Virus record (IMG/VR): IMGVR_UViG_3300013306_000014
Direction: 5' to 3' (one strand)
DNA: 64,000 nucleotides
Origin: an uncultured virus (IMG/VR IMGVR_UViG_3300013306_000014)
Taxonomy: Duplodnaviria > Heunggongvirae > Uroviricota > Caudoviricetes
In this document: in pieces, positions 18,819-28,391 of the stretch
Position numbering within the stretch: position 1 is the first letter of the stretch
Layout of the letters: each line of letters begins with the position of its first letter
Notes under the pieces: generated by a model
The model's input: only the letters and a program-made list of their open reading frames with translations
What the model was told of the DNA's origin: nothing
Database searches by the model: none
Position numbers and translations under genes: made by a program

Positions 18819-20944
18819 GCAGTGAGTCCCAAGAAGTCGTAGATCAGACGGTAGTTATTCCGATCCACCAGATGAAGACCAGTAGACTCCAAGATCCGGT
18901 AGAAGCCTGAGTTGATCTGGTAGGCCAACTTCCGGACGTTTGCAGCTTCCTGTAGTTCGATAGGAAGACCACCGTTCTTGATCACCATGGTTGGTAGATA
19001 AAAGGTAGTAATCTCTTTACGGTTCCACTTGACCATCCACGCAGCCATTCGCTTGGCCAACTCCTGATCTTCCATACCTGCCAACCATTCCTGAGTCTTC
19101 GTCTTGTTAGACAGCTCAGAAGTGATCTTAACGCATGGATACGGTGGCGCTACAGATTCACCGTACTTAGGAGCGAACACTTCTTGCCACAGTTCGTGGT
19201 GAAGCATCTTGTTACTGTCCGGCTTGATCTGAGCAGAACGCAGGTATTTGTATTCCCCACGCTTAATGGACTGGATCGTTTCAATCTCGTGGTCAGCAAC
19301 GAATCGCAGGAGTTTACCCGCATTCATCTTCCGACCTTCGTTGACGTGAGTAGCGATGTTCTCCATCATCTCCTCAGCCGCTTTCAAGATGTGCTTAGGT
19401 GCAGTAGAACCACGCAGCTCTACACCCTTGATCTCCAGTTCGTTCTCTTCGTAAACGTTACCTTCCCGCATGGACATGAAGGAGAAGTAGTGCTTAGCAA
19501 GGTTGGTTAGAGCAAACACCGGGAAGGCGTACTCGTTCTTCATTGCCAGACGGAAGAGTTGCGAACGTTCCACGCCCACGTTAGCCGACAGCATTGCCAG
19601 ACTGTGCGCAATGCACTGGCAAGACATGTAGGTGGCGAGATACCAGATACGGTCCTCTACTTCACCACGCTTCATGCTGCCGGTGTACCACTCAACCCAG
19701 TATTCAGTACTGAAGATGGAGGAGTCGGTATCTGCTGCCAGACATACACGGCGCTGAATACCCTTGAGAGCGGCTACAGTCGGCGGAAGATGCTTAGGCG
19801 CAAATAGGTTAGTGATCAGGGTTGCGTACTTAGCAGAGGCTTCTTTAAAGCGCTGTGCTGTACGACCGATAACCTGCCAACCTGCCGGGTTGTTCTCTTT
19901 AACCAGCTTGTGCGTACTACCTTTCAGGATGTTTGCACACAGGGCGTTGATGTAAGCTATGGCCGTTGTATCGACAGTCATCAGGATGGCGTCAGTATCA
20001 ACGTCTTCCATGTCTTCGATATTAATGGCGATCATCTCGCCCATCAGGTTCTTAACAACGTCAGGGTTGAACTTAGCCAAGTGGTACATGTCACCCGAGT
20101 AGCAGACGGTGGCACGTTCCAGTGGAGTCATCCCTTCTGCCATCTGACGGATCAAAGCCATCTCGTGAGGGATGTCCCAGTACAGACTGGTAGAACGCTC
20201 AACCATGGCTACCACGTCATCCGAGGTTGGATACACGAGGTTGTATTCGTCAATCACCAACTGAACCCGACTCATCTGTTCGATAGTCGTAATAGCTGTC
20301 AAGTTGGCTTTGGCTATCTCTGGCGTATGGTAATGCTTCGACCCCGCCATGAACCTTTCAACAGTGGCGTTACCGTACCCCGCTGCTGCCCGGCACATGG
20401 ATGTCAAACTGGAGTGACCGGTTGCCAAGAAGATTGGGTTACCTTCAAAGCCACGCATACCGGATACGGAGTTAATACGGATCTTACGGGCGTTCTGGTC
20501 ATAGTCCGCAAGAGCAGACTTCATCAGTTCACCGATCTGTTTCAACTCAAACATCGCTTTCTTCGACTTCTTACGAGCCGCGATGTTGTCATCCAGCCAT
20601 TCAGCTGTAACGGAACGTTCTACTTCTGGACGCTCGTAAACCACCAACGATGGGGAAACGATACGACCAGACTCACGAATCTCTTCGATGTAACCGAGGA
20701 AGGTAGTTTCATCCTCAACCCGGTGACCGCGTGCTTTCTTGATCAACTGCTGCATGGCAGGATCTTTGAATGCAAACATGCCGCCCTTAGCTACTTTCTT
20801 AAGGACGTACTTCAGCGTGTTCTCGTAAGGGAGTTTGAGCTGAAGTGAAAGATACTTGGCTACTTGTTGGATATAGCCTTTCTTGACATCGATGTCACGT
20901 TTGTATTCCTCTACTGGTAAGAGGAACGGGTTATCGTTAGCCAT
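18815..20944 (-). CDS. family B DNA polymerase, polymerase subunit (phiKZ gp50-like)
   Basis: QNARKIRINSVSG (motif B-like), AADTDS (motif C), KHY, EIKGVE. Confidence 0.92.
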   Translation of the reverse strand: MANDNPFLLPVEEYKRDIDVKKGYIQQVAKYLSLQLKLPYENTLKYVLKKVAKGGMFAFKDPAMQQLIKKARGHRVEDETTFLGYIEEIRESGRIVSPSLVVYERPEVERSVTAEWLDDNIAARKKSKKAMFELKQIGELMKSALADYDQNARKIRINSVSGMRGFEGNPIFLATGHSSLTSMCRAAAGYGNATVERFMAGSKHYHTPEIAKANLTAITTIEQMSRVQLVIDEYNLVYPTSDDVVAMVERSTSLYWDIPHEMALIRQMAEGMTPLERATVCYSGDMYHLAKFNPDVVKNLMGEMIAINIEDMEDVDTDAILMTVDTTAIAYINALCANILKGSTHKLVKENNPAGWQVIGRTAQRFKEASAKYATLITNLFAPKHLPPTVAALKGIQRRVCLAADTDSSIFSTEYWVEWYTGSMKRGEVEDRIWYLATYMSCQCIAHSLAMLSANVGVERSQLFRLAMKNEYAFPVFALTNLAKHYFSFMSMREGNVYEENELEIKGVELRGSTAPKHILKAAEEMMENIATHVNEGRKMNAGKLLRFVADHEIETIQSIKRGEYKYLRSAQIKPDSNKMLHHELWQEVFAPKYGESVAPPYPCVKITSELSNKTKTQEWLAGMEDQELAKRMAAWMVKWNRKEITTFYLPTMVIKNGGLPIELQEAANVRKLAYQINSGFYRILESTGLHLVDRNNYRLIYDFLGLTA

Positions 20945-20997
20945 CAATCAAACCTCTGAGGTACTCTACGTATTGTTAGTACGGTTTGTATCTTTCA

Positions 20998-21058
20998 ACA
21001 AAAACAAAAAAAAAGACGCTACACTCCTGCCAACCTTTTACGGCTGGCAGGAGTGCGT
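20998..21058 (-). terminator. intrinsic terminator
   Basis: CACTCCTGCCA/TGGCAGGAGTG stem plus long T-tract. Confidence 0.75.
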
Positions 21059-21060
21059 GA

Positions 21061-21456
21061 TCAGGCTACGGTGAGCTTGAATCGTCCTTCGAACCCAGAG
21101 GCCACCAGGATCGAGCGGAATGTTTCCAGCTCGGCGGAGGTTGGGTTCAGGAGCAGGCAGTTGTAGTTGACGTTGTCGAGGACGGTAATGGAACCTTCCT
21201 TGATCCACGGCACGCCAACATACAGGATCTTGTTCTCCGGATCGACGAACTTGGCATACGCATACGCCGTGAAGTCGTCTGGAGAATCGGATGGCATGTA
21301 CGGGTAGTTCTGATGGTGCTCACCAGCCGCTTGGAACCCCACCGCTACAACGGTCCCCACATCGAGCAGGGCCAGCAGCTTGTAGTTCGTGTACCGGATA
21401 CCAGAGCTCAGCTCGAAACTGAGCGTCTTCCCTTTAAAAGATTCGTTGAGGGGCAT
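21061..21456 (-). CDS. conserved protein (phiKZ gp49-like position)
   Basis: 131 aa, YVGVPWI segment, upstream of DNA polymerase. Confidence 0.7.
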   Translation of the reverse strand: MPLNESFKGKTLSFELSSGIRYTNYKLLALLDVGTVVAVGFQAAGEHHQNYPYMPSDSPDDFTAYAYAKFVDPENKILYVGVPWIKEGSITVLDNVNYNCLLLNPTSAELETFRSILVASGFEGRFKLTVA

Positions 21457-21799
21457 TTACACTCTCCAGCCGAGCCAAGTAATAGCCTCGGTCATTAAAT
21501 ATCAAATCTTCGATCGAACCTTCTTCGACCAGTTGTCTCAAATCATCGTCATCAATAGCCTCATAGAGACTTTCGACGGTAGCCAGATAATCCGGATCAA
21601 TAGACTCGATACCGATCATGCATTTGGTAAGGTAATCCAGAAATTCGATGCGTTCCCAGTCTACGAACTGCGTGTCAATTGACGCCAGCGGGGAGTCTGG
21701 CTCATCAGCGGATACCTGTTCCGGGACTTCACGATACCCCACTGTTTGCAGGTAATCGTAGAATCCCGGACTGTAGCCTACGATACAGTGGTTTTTCAT
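21434..21799 (-). CDS. hypothetical acidic protein
   Basis: 121 aa, SD GGAG. Confidence 0.7.
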   Translation of the reverse strand: MKNHCIVGYSPGFYDYLQTVGYREVPEQVSADEPDSPLASIDTQFVDWERIEFLDYLTKCMIGIESIDPDYLATVESLYEAIDDDDLRQLVEEGSIEDLIFNDRGYYLARLESVNAPQRIF

Positions 21800-21817
21800 G
21801 AAGCAGCTCCGTACTGG

Positions 21818-22249
21818 TTAGATAACCATCATGATTGCGTTACATCTTATCTGCCGGTTGATACTATTTAACTTCAGCTTCACATCGTGGACAGCTCCGA
21901 TCATGTATCCTAAGTCACGGATATGTTCGGTGATTCCACGGTAAAGCGTACCAAGGGCAGCTCTTGCTATTATTGGCCCGTCATCGTCAACTTTTACACA
22001 ACCGTGTTCTAGGAACTTGTTTGACAGACCTGTGACGATCTCATCATACCGTCCTACATGGCGATAAGCTGAATACTGTCTGATGATGGCGTCGATGTCG
22101 TACGAAAGACTTTCCACTTCTCGGTCAACTTCATTGCAGAATGCCCGTACCGTGTCGGAGATATCTACAACGATGAACTCCTTATCAGTGGAGCCTCCCG
22201 AGTCTTGCCGCAAGTGGGACGGAAAGCACGGTATATCGTTTTGGGACAT
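21818..22249 (-). CDS. hypothetical protein, putative paralog-array member
   Basis: FIVVDISD motif; start uncertain (22249 or 22258). Confidence 0.7.
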   Translation of the reverse strand: MSQNDIPCFPSHLRQDSGGSTDKEFIVVDISDTVRAFCNEVDREVESLSYDIDAIIRQYSAYRHVGRYDEIVTGLSNKFLEHGCVKVDDDGPIIARAALGTLYRGITEHIRDLGYMIGAVHDVKLKLNSINRQIRCNAIMMVI

Positions 22250-22556
22250 GTTGGACAACCTGCATGGTCATAAGGACAGATACAGGGTATCCGTTCTCAG
22301 ACAGTTCATCGAACAAAGCGTTGTACAGCGTGGAAAGCTTTGACTTCCCGGTGCAGCGATCAAGGATGATCTCAGCAGGCGGCCAGTTATAAACATATTG
22401 ACAGATTGGCATAGCCTGCACGAAATCAAACGTGATCCCAGACAGAACCTTGATGTGTTCCGACAGATCCTCGGTGTTAATGAAACTGTTGAGGGAGTCG
22501 TTATGAACGGCAATCAAGCTCTTTGTAGCGATTGCTGGTAACGTATTGGCTTTCAT
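22185..22556 (-). CDS. hypothetical protein
   Basis: ATGA coupling to the upstream gene. Confidence 0.7.
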   Translation of the reverse strand: MKANTLPAIATKSLIAVHNDSLNSFINTEDLSEHIKVLSGITFDFVQAMPICQYVYNWPPAEIILDRCTGKSKLSTLYNALFDELSENGYPVSVLMTMQVVQHVPKRYTVLSVPLAARLGRLH

Positions 22557-22870
22557 GTCCACTCCAGATCAATTAACGCCACATCGCGCTTAACCCTGCA
22601 TGATACTGAGCTAAGCCTGCGATCGTCGGTCATCAGTTGCGCATATAACCCGCACTCCTCCAGTGCATCGAGTACGTCACCTGACATCTTCTCAATGGTT
22701 TTAATACTGAGATTGTAGTCATGGGTAAGGGTAATGAGCGTGTCAGCACTCAACCACTCTTTACGAGAAGCTGAGTCCAATACCCAATTAGACAGCATAA
22801 AACCCACGGCGGAGTCAGATACGCCGTGGGTATGTGTAATCTCAATAACAAACTGTTCTGCTTCCAACAT
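22553..22870 (-). CDS. hypothetical protein
   Basis: 105 aa, SD GGAGGT. Confidence 0.75.
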   Translation of the reverse strand: MLEAEQFVIEITHTHGVSDSAVGFMLSNWVLDSASRKEWLSADTLITLTHDYNLSIKTIEKMSGDVLDALEECGLYAQLMTDDRRLSSVSCRVKRDVALIDLEWT

Positions 22871-22879
22871 CTGACCTCC

Positions 22880-23317
22880 CTAATCTAAGATCTTTTCCAT
22901 CCAGACTACAAAGAACTTCCGGTTGGGGTTAACTTCTGGTTCAGTGAACCGATACTTCTTCCAACCCTTCCTTTCTTGTTCCTGTGCAATGTCGATGAGA
23001 GTTAACTTGGTGTTGTAGAAATCTGGGAAGTCATCCAGATCAGCTTTCGACAGATCCATTATATTGCGCTTAGTTCGGCGACCTATTTCCTGATCGTCGT
23101 ACTCATCGCAAGCGCCTAGGATGTAGGACAGTTCGTCCATATCCGCTAAGCACCAATAATCAATGATCGAGCTGAGAACCAGCGATGCCAGATAATCAGA
23201 GCATTCGCCCTCAAAGTCTGGCATCTTCTGCAAGTCATCAGCGATCTTGAATAAGTAATGGCTGCCGTGTGAATCAATCTCAGCAATAATCCTGATTGAA
23301 TCATTTTCGGTAGTCAT
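22880..23317 (-). CDS. hypothetical protein
   Basis: 145 aa, SD AAGGTG. Confidence 0.75.
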   Translation of the reverse strand: MTTENDSIRIIAEIDSHGSHYLFKIADDLQKMPDFEGECSDYLASLVLSSIIDYWCLADMDELSYILGACDEYDDQEIGRRTKRNIMDLSKADLDDFPDFYNTKLTLIDIAQEQERKGWKKYRFTEPEVNPNRKFFVVWMEKILD

Positions 23318-23725
23318 TTAACTCACCTTCAGATAGCCACCTTTGTCCGCAACCTCTACTTCGAAGATCAACTCAGGGAATTCCTTGGGATGCTTCGGCA
23401 TCATGTCTTCAAGATCTCTGATCAATTCGTCATGGTGATAGTAGTGGCTGTGGAAGTAGTTGGCTAGGGCTAAGAACTCACCCCAGATAGTCGCATGCTT
23501 CTTCATGTCAGAGATGTGGGCGAGAGAGGTAATGCGTTCAAATGCATCAACGGCACCATCTCTATCGCACATCAACAACGACATTAACAGAATGCTTGCG
23601 GTGTACTGGATGAACTGGTTGCGCTCATAGTTGGGGACATGGTCACCTAGACGTATCAGCGCTTCGTGGAACTCATTGTCGATATCCACGATAAGGGTAC
23701 GTCTTGTCCCCTTGCCTAGCTTCAT
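23318..23725 (-). CDS. hypothetical protein, putative paralog-array member
   Basis: TLIVDID motif, ATGA coupling. Confidence 0.75.
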   Translation of the reverse strand: MKLGKGTRRTLIVDIDNEFHEALIRLGDHVPNYERNQFIQYTASILLMSLLMCDRDGAVDAFERITSLAHISDMKKHATIWGEFLALANYFHSHYYHHDELIRDLEDMMPKHPKEFPELIFEVEVADKGGYLKVS

Positions 23726-24261
23726 TCATCACCATCTTCCGGAACGTCAAGATCTTCTTCGTCCAGATCAGTGGCTGGCTCGAGGTGGAGATCTGGGTCG
23801 TCCAATTCGAGTTGGGCCTCAGGAGACAACGCCTTACAGATTTCGATCAGGCATTGACCGTGTACAATCAAGCAGTCGCTAACGACAGCCGGGCGAACGT
23901 CACGCAGGAACTCAAACGTGTCGTGCAGGCGTTCTACGTTCTCGGCGTACCAAGTGTCGAGTGCCAGCGATACGTTGCCTTCAGACGGATCTGGGATGTC
24001 CTGAGACAGATGCTTGAAGTCGAAGTCATCGTCCCAGAACTCGTACTTCAGTACAGCTTTCAGCAGAGCGCCCGGATCGATCAGCGTGCTTTCGGATATG
24101 TCAGTCATGTTGAAGTCACCGACATCAACGATCACGTACTTATACGAATAGTTAGGCGCGGCTAATGGATCTCCAGTGCCTGAGGTGTTTGTCGAGTTCT
24201 GGGTGGATGTATTCACCGCTTCCTCGACAAGATTCGATATAAGTTTCAAATCCAGTTTCAT
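23722..24261 (-). CDS. hypothetical acidic protein, putative paralog-array member
   Basis: Start MKLDLK (SD GGAGG); YVIVDVGD motif. Confidence 0.7.
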   Translation of the reverse strand: MKLDLKLISNLVEEAVNTSTQNSTNTSGTGDPLAAPNYSYKYVIVDVGDFNMTDISESTLIDPGALLKAVLKYEFWDDDFDFKHLSQDIPDPSEGNVSLALDTWYAENVERLHDTFEFLRDVRPAVVSDCLIVHGQCLIEICKALSPEAQLELDDPDLHLEPATDLDEEDLDVPEDGDE

Positions 24262-24643
24262 TGGGCCTCCGAACCTCTTCCAATTGGAAGACGAGTATAA
24301 GTTTGTCGTGGGGGATATAGACGTCAGCAACTGTACCGCCGTTGCCGCAACACGTCTTGATAACCTCCCTGATTTCATTGTCGAATTCCACCAGCTGATC
24401 TAAGAGGTCAAGGTACTGCCTCCGATTGCGGGCGTTGCTGGTAACGAGCTGTTGAAGGGATGAGCTGTAAGGATCAATAATTAACTGGACGGTATCTACC
24501 ATCAACTTCCTTACATCTCGATCCAGCCAGCGGAGCTCTGTACCATTGTTCTCCAGAGTGTATTTGAACCGTGAGTACCACTCGTCCACAACGTGGACGT
24601 TAGTATCACCATCCTTTACCGTTGTAGTTAGTCGAATACTCAT
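24152..24643 (-). CDS. hypothetical protein
   Basis: 163 aa, overlaps both neighbours. Confidence 0.7.
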   Translation of the reverse strand: MSIRLTTTVKDGDTNVHVVDEWYSRFKYTLENNGTELRWLDRDVRKLMVDTVQLIIDPYSSSLQQLVTSNARNRRQYLDLLDQLVEFDNEIREVIKTCCGNGGTVADVYIPHDKLILVFQLEEVRRPNETGFETYIESCRGSGEYIHPELDKHLRHWRSISRA

Positions 24644-25058
24644 GGGCGTGCTCTTTCGTCCACTGGGTTATACGGTGGTCTTCTCCCACCGACAGATGGA
24701 TGGCGGTTCCTGATACGCGCATTGATACGTCGTACCATGTAGGCAGCACCATCACATCAGCCAACATTTCAGAGATCTCATCGTAGACATCGATGATGAC
24801 CGTGCGGATGTTCGGGTGATCACGGCAGCACTTAGGCAACCGGTTGATGAAGTAGCTTTCATTGAAGTCGTGGAACGCCTTGGTCCAAGTCATGCTCTTC
24901 GTCATGTAGTCATCGAACATCTCACCCACTACACGTTCGACATTCCGTCTATCTCTAGACGTGGGCTCCTTTGTAAACCTTGTAGCCTCGCCGAAGAAGT
25001 TGTCACTGATCTCTGAGAAATCAATTACGCAGTCGTCGCCAACATTTTTCAATAGCAC
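24606..25058 (-). CDS. hypothetical protein, putative paralog-array member
   Basis: GTG start, CVIDFSEI motif. Confidence 0.75.
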   Translation of the reverse strand: MLLKNVGDDCVIDFSEISDNFFGEATRFTKEPTSRDRRNVERVVGEMFDDYMTKSMTWTKAFHDFNESYFINRLPKCCRDHPNIRTVIIDVYDEISEMLADVMVLPTWYDVSMRVSGTAIHLSVGEDHRITQWTKEHAHEYSTNYNGKGW

Positions 25059-25413
25059 GGCTATTCCCCATCGCTAAGTACGATCCACGAACGTAAAACC
25101 AAACACCGCACTCATCTAGCCAATCGTCTTCCGGTTCTGGAAGGAAGTCAACTGGACGCAGGCCGATCTCTGTCGCCGTTACGCTCAATTGCATTCTTTC
25201 GAACGCGGTTTGTTGATCAGGTCTTTCGAACAGGCTGGCACTTACAGTGGCAACACCATGATTCTTGGCGTACCCACGGGCCATCCATGCTTCCATCACA
25301 TCCGGGTGGAAATCACCATGACGTTTGAGCATCTCCACTTGATCACTGATATCAACGACAGTGAAGTTTCGCTCATCTAAGATTTTGTCCGGCAGTCGTA
25401 GATTCTCAAACAT
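25021..25413 (-). CDS. hypothetical protein, putative paralog-array member
   Basis: SD AGGGG, FTVVDISD motif. Confidence 0.75.
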   Translation of the reverse strand: MFENLRLPDKILDERNFTVVDISDQVEMLKRHGDFHPDVMEAWMARGYAKNHGVATVSASLFERPDQQTAFERMQLSVTATEIGLRPVDFLPEPEDDWLDECGVWFYVRGSYLAMGNSRAIEKCWRRLRN

Positions 25414-25520
25414 ACGTGTCCCCTATAGCCTACATGATTAGGTCGTTTTGTAGATAAATACATCTACAAGGCTCTACGAGCTGCATAGAAGCCGTTTCGA
25501 ATACAAATGAATACCGTGAT

Positions 25521-25572
25521 AACAAAAAAGAAAGAACGCCACTAGGAGATCGTTTTACGGATCTCCTAGCGT
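25521..25572 (-). terminator. intrinsic terminator
   Basis: CTAGGAGATC/GATCTCCTAG stem plus TTCTTTCTTTTTTGT. Confidence 0.75.
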
Positions 25573-25580
25573 ATATGGCC

Positions 25581-25805
25581 CTAACAGAACTTAGGTGATC
25601 CGTCTTCATTGAAATATGGATTGACGCGGTTAGTGCAGACATGGTGGACTTCATCGTATTTATCTTCAGTGAAGTAGTTGTGCCATGTACCAAACTTGCA
25701 GCGATGGCATTCGAAACCATTTCCACCAGATTGATGAGTGTAATGCAAGTCGTCTACGTTACCGCAGTGGTCACAGACAAAACGCATGTTCAGATTTACA
25801 GCCAT
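25581..25805 (-). CDS. small zinc-ribbon protein
   Basis: CDHC...CHRC, SD GAGGT. Confidence 0.7.
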   Translation of the reverse strand: MAVNLNMRFVCDHCGNVDDLHYTHQSGGNGFECHRCKFGTWHNYFTEDKYDEVHHVCTNRVNPYFNEDGSPKFC

Positions 25806-25879
25806 GATGGTGAACCTCTTTACGAATAGGGCATAAACCGCGGGGCACTTGGCCCCGCAGTCTATTAGCGGCTCAGGTC

Positions 25880-26887
25880 TTACAAGACCAGGCCGGTTGC
25901 TTCATCTACCACAACGCCAGCGGTAGCAAGGGTCGAAACGGTGTTGGTGACGCGTTCTTTCAGTTCAGCCTGAGCTTTACGCTCGCTCATGTCTTTGACA
26001 ACGCCGTTCAACTTCTCGATGGATACGACGACGTAGAAGGAGTTGGCGAATTCACGATTGTCTTCAGGCAGGTAGCCAACAGTGTCGTAAGCGGCGTTGA
26101 TAGCCGGCATGACGCTGGTGCGGTCTTTCAGCAAACCGGCGATGCCGATAGCGTTGGTGACGTCAGACTTCAGCTGTTCTTCACCAGCGTACACATCCAG
26201 CAGAGCCAGCGATGGCTTGTAGTTGGTTACGGTGTGGAAGTCGAACAGGTTCGCCACGTCGGACGAATCCAGGTGGCCGTTCTTGCCGCTCGCCAATTTG
26301 GCCAGGGTTTGCAGAACGAACAGTGGTTTGATGTTGTTGTCGGAGTCGGTTTTGTTCGGATCGTTCGGGGTGTAGCTCAGAACGACCGGACGGCCGACGG
26401 ACGCAACAGCCAGCTCCAGGCCAGTCAGGGTATCGATGGCGTTGGAGGATTTCTTGCCGGAGGTGAATGCTGCGGAAGTAACGCCGACAGCTTTGTGACC
26501 TTTGGCCAGCAGTTCTTTCAGGATGATCGGGCCGGCCACGGAGCCAGTACCGCCAGACAGGGAGAAGATAACGACGTTGAAGTCAGCCGGCTGATGAGCC
26601 AACATGATTTCAGGAAGTACCCCCACGATACGCGCGGCGTTCTTCTTCCGGTCGGAACCCGAACCATCGGCTTCTTTCAGGGTGAAGGTTTCGGACATCA
26701 GCGCGCCGTCGAGGTTGGCGAAGCTGGTATCGATGTAGCTGTATTTCTCGTCGCCATGCAGACGCGGTTCACCAGGATGGTTATCGCGGTATGCTCGCAG
26801 TTGGTTGATTGCAGTACCACCACAGGCGTAGAAACGGATAGTGCGAGGACGAACGTTGATCAGGCCAGTGTTGATTACTTCAGACAT
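25880..26887 (-). CDS. phuZ: phage tubulin PhuZ
   Basis: ACGGTAIN and SLSGGTGS GTPase signatures, GSGSDR, LDSSD, C-terminal GLVL tail. Confidence 0.95.
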   Translation of the reverse strand: MSEVINTGLINVRPRTIRFYACGGTAINQLRAYRDNHPGEPRLHGDEKYSYIDTSFANLDGALMSETFTLKEADGSGSDRKKNAARIVGVLPEIMLAHQPADFNVVIFSLSGGTGSVAGPIILKELLAKGHKAVGVTSAAFTSGKKSSNAIDTLTGLELAVASVGRPVVLSYTPNDPNKTDSDNNIKPLFVLQTLAKLASGKNGHLDSSDVANLFDFHTVTNYKPSLALLDVYAGEEQLKSDVTNAIGIAGLLKDRTSVMPAINAAYDTVGYLPEDNREFANSFYVVVSIEKLNGVVKDMSERKAQAELKERVTNTVSTLATAGVVVDEATGLVL

Positions 26888-26970
26888 GTACAGCTCCTAA
26901 TGGATGGTTGGTGCAACAATGGTAAGAGGCTTCAAGCGAAATCACTTGAGTCCTATTGGAGGGATTCGTT

Positions 26971-27810
26971 ATGTCAGATCCGGTTACAGTGGCGATCATG
27001 CGTGTCAAGAACGGTATTCCACCGGATATCTTGAAGCAAGCATTCATGCCAAAGCGTTACGACCCAACTCGCCAAGAGCGTTATTTCGATAACGTCAATG
27101 GGCTGTCTATTGATCAGCGTATCCGCGAACTCGTTATTGAGGCTCGTGTCGCAATCGATGTCAACCTGAACTCTGGTACTGAAATGTTCCTTCCGTTGTG
27201 TTTTGCGGAAGTTGATTTCATCGATGCTTACAACGTAGTGTACCGATTCCCCCGTGAAGCATTGGGTGGTCGGAACATCACAACTGTCCATGAACTTATC
27301 TACGGTTTGACTCAAGGCCTGAGTAGCAGTACTAACTCAGGTTTCGATCGTCGTGCTGGCGATATGCTCATGGTTGGTCGTGACATCATGCGGGCCGTTA
27401 GCGGCAGTACCGTAATGGGTACAGCATACGTTCAACTCGTGGGAATTAACACGATCCTAGTCAACGACATCAACCAGTTGGTCGGTGACGGTGCAGTACG
27501 GTGCCGTGTGTCCCACGAGGCGAACTTTAACAACCTCGACCCGATGTACTACGCAGAGTTCGCGGAACTCGTCTTCCGTGCAGTCAAGGCGTACATCTAC
27601 AACAACCTGATCATTGATCTGGATGAAGGTCAGATTCGAGCTGGCGCAAGTCTCGGACGTATCCGGGAGATTATCGACAGCTACGCTGATGCTGACCAGA
27701 TGTACATGGATTACCTCAACGTGGATTGGAAGAAAGTCGGGATGCTTGCAGACCAAGAACTTAAGCGTAAAATCCTTAAGCTGTCTCTCGGTGCAAGACC
27801 TCGATACTGA
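26971..27810 (+). CDS. conserved protein, probably virion structural (neck/connector-like?)
   Basis: Start MSDPVT (SD GGAGG); function is inference only. Confidence 0.6.
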   Translation: MSDPVTVAIMRVKNGIPPDILKQAFMPKRYDPTRQERYFDNVNGLSIDQRIRELVIEARVAIDVNLNSGTEMFLPLCFAEVDFIDAYNVVYRFPREALGGRNITTVHELIYGLTQGLSSSTNSGFDRRAGDMLMVGRDIMRAVSGSTVMGTAYVQLVGINTILVNDINQLVGDGAVRCRVSHEANFNNLDPMYYAEFAELVFRAVKAYIYNNLIIDLDEGQIRAGASLGRIREIIDSYADADQMYMDYLNVDWKKVGMLADQELKRKILKLSLGARPRY

Positions 27811-27819
27811 TACACGTCG

Positions 27820-27842
27820 GTAATGTATGACCGTAGAGGTTT
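27820..27842 (-). promoter_or_regulatory. putative early promoter pointing toward phuZ
   Basis: AAA-N12-TACATTAC on minus strand. Confidence 0.6.
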
Positions 27843-27847
27843 AGGAT

Positions 27848-27879
27848 AGGGTGGGTAATCCCACCCCGTCTTTATGCCG
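27848..27879 (+). terminator. hairpin plus TTTATGCC
   Basis: GGGTGGG/CCCACCC stem between convergent genes. Confidence 0.75.
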
Positions 27880-27884
27880 CATGA

Positions 27885-28391
27885 TCAAGCTTCACCACTC
27901 TCCAGAAGTGCAGTATGCAACTGCTCTTCTTCATCCACTACGAGGAATCCTTCATTCTGAAGGTATTCCTTTACATCACCATTACCATTCATCAGGTAGA
28001 GCAATCCGCTCTCGCCATCCTTGACGGTATCTTCAGGACGTACCAGTTTTACCACCTTGTAGACGGAGTGGTCGTCTACCTTCGGTAAGCTTACGCCATT
28101 GATGATGTTGTTATCCCCAGACGCAGTACCAGCCACAGGGCGACCTGTGTCGATACCTTCAGATGCGTCTTCGAAAGAAGCATCGCCTTCACGGCGCCAG
28201 CTAACCTTAAAACCCTTGACTTCAAGACTTTCGATAATCCCATTCACGCCATCGTCAAATGGCATGGTAGTTGGGAGTTCGATCATGACCTCACCCGAAT
28301 CACGAGCGTCAGGCAGAGATCGCATGTGCATACCGGGGATGGTTTCCTTTACAGCTTTCTCCGCTTTTTCTTTCTCTTCAGCTTCAGTCAT
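27885..28391 (-). CDS. hypothetical acidic protein
   Basis: 168 aa, SD GAGG. Confidence 0.75.
   Translation of the reverse strand: MTEAEEKEKAEKAVKETIPGMHMRSLPDARDSGEVMIELPTTMPFDDGVNGIIESLEVKGFKVSWRREGDASFEDASEGIDTGRPVAGTASGDNNIINGVSLPKVDDHSVYKVVKLVRPEDTVKDGESGLLYLMNGNGDVKEYLQNEGFLVVDEEEQLHTALLESGEA

Noticed and set aside
22880..23725. In-frame TAA-ATG junction at 23315-23320 as another split gene
   Set aside because: The downstream ATG has its own SD and both ORFs match the size of their neighbours; ordinary coupling
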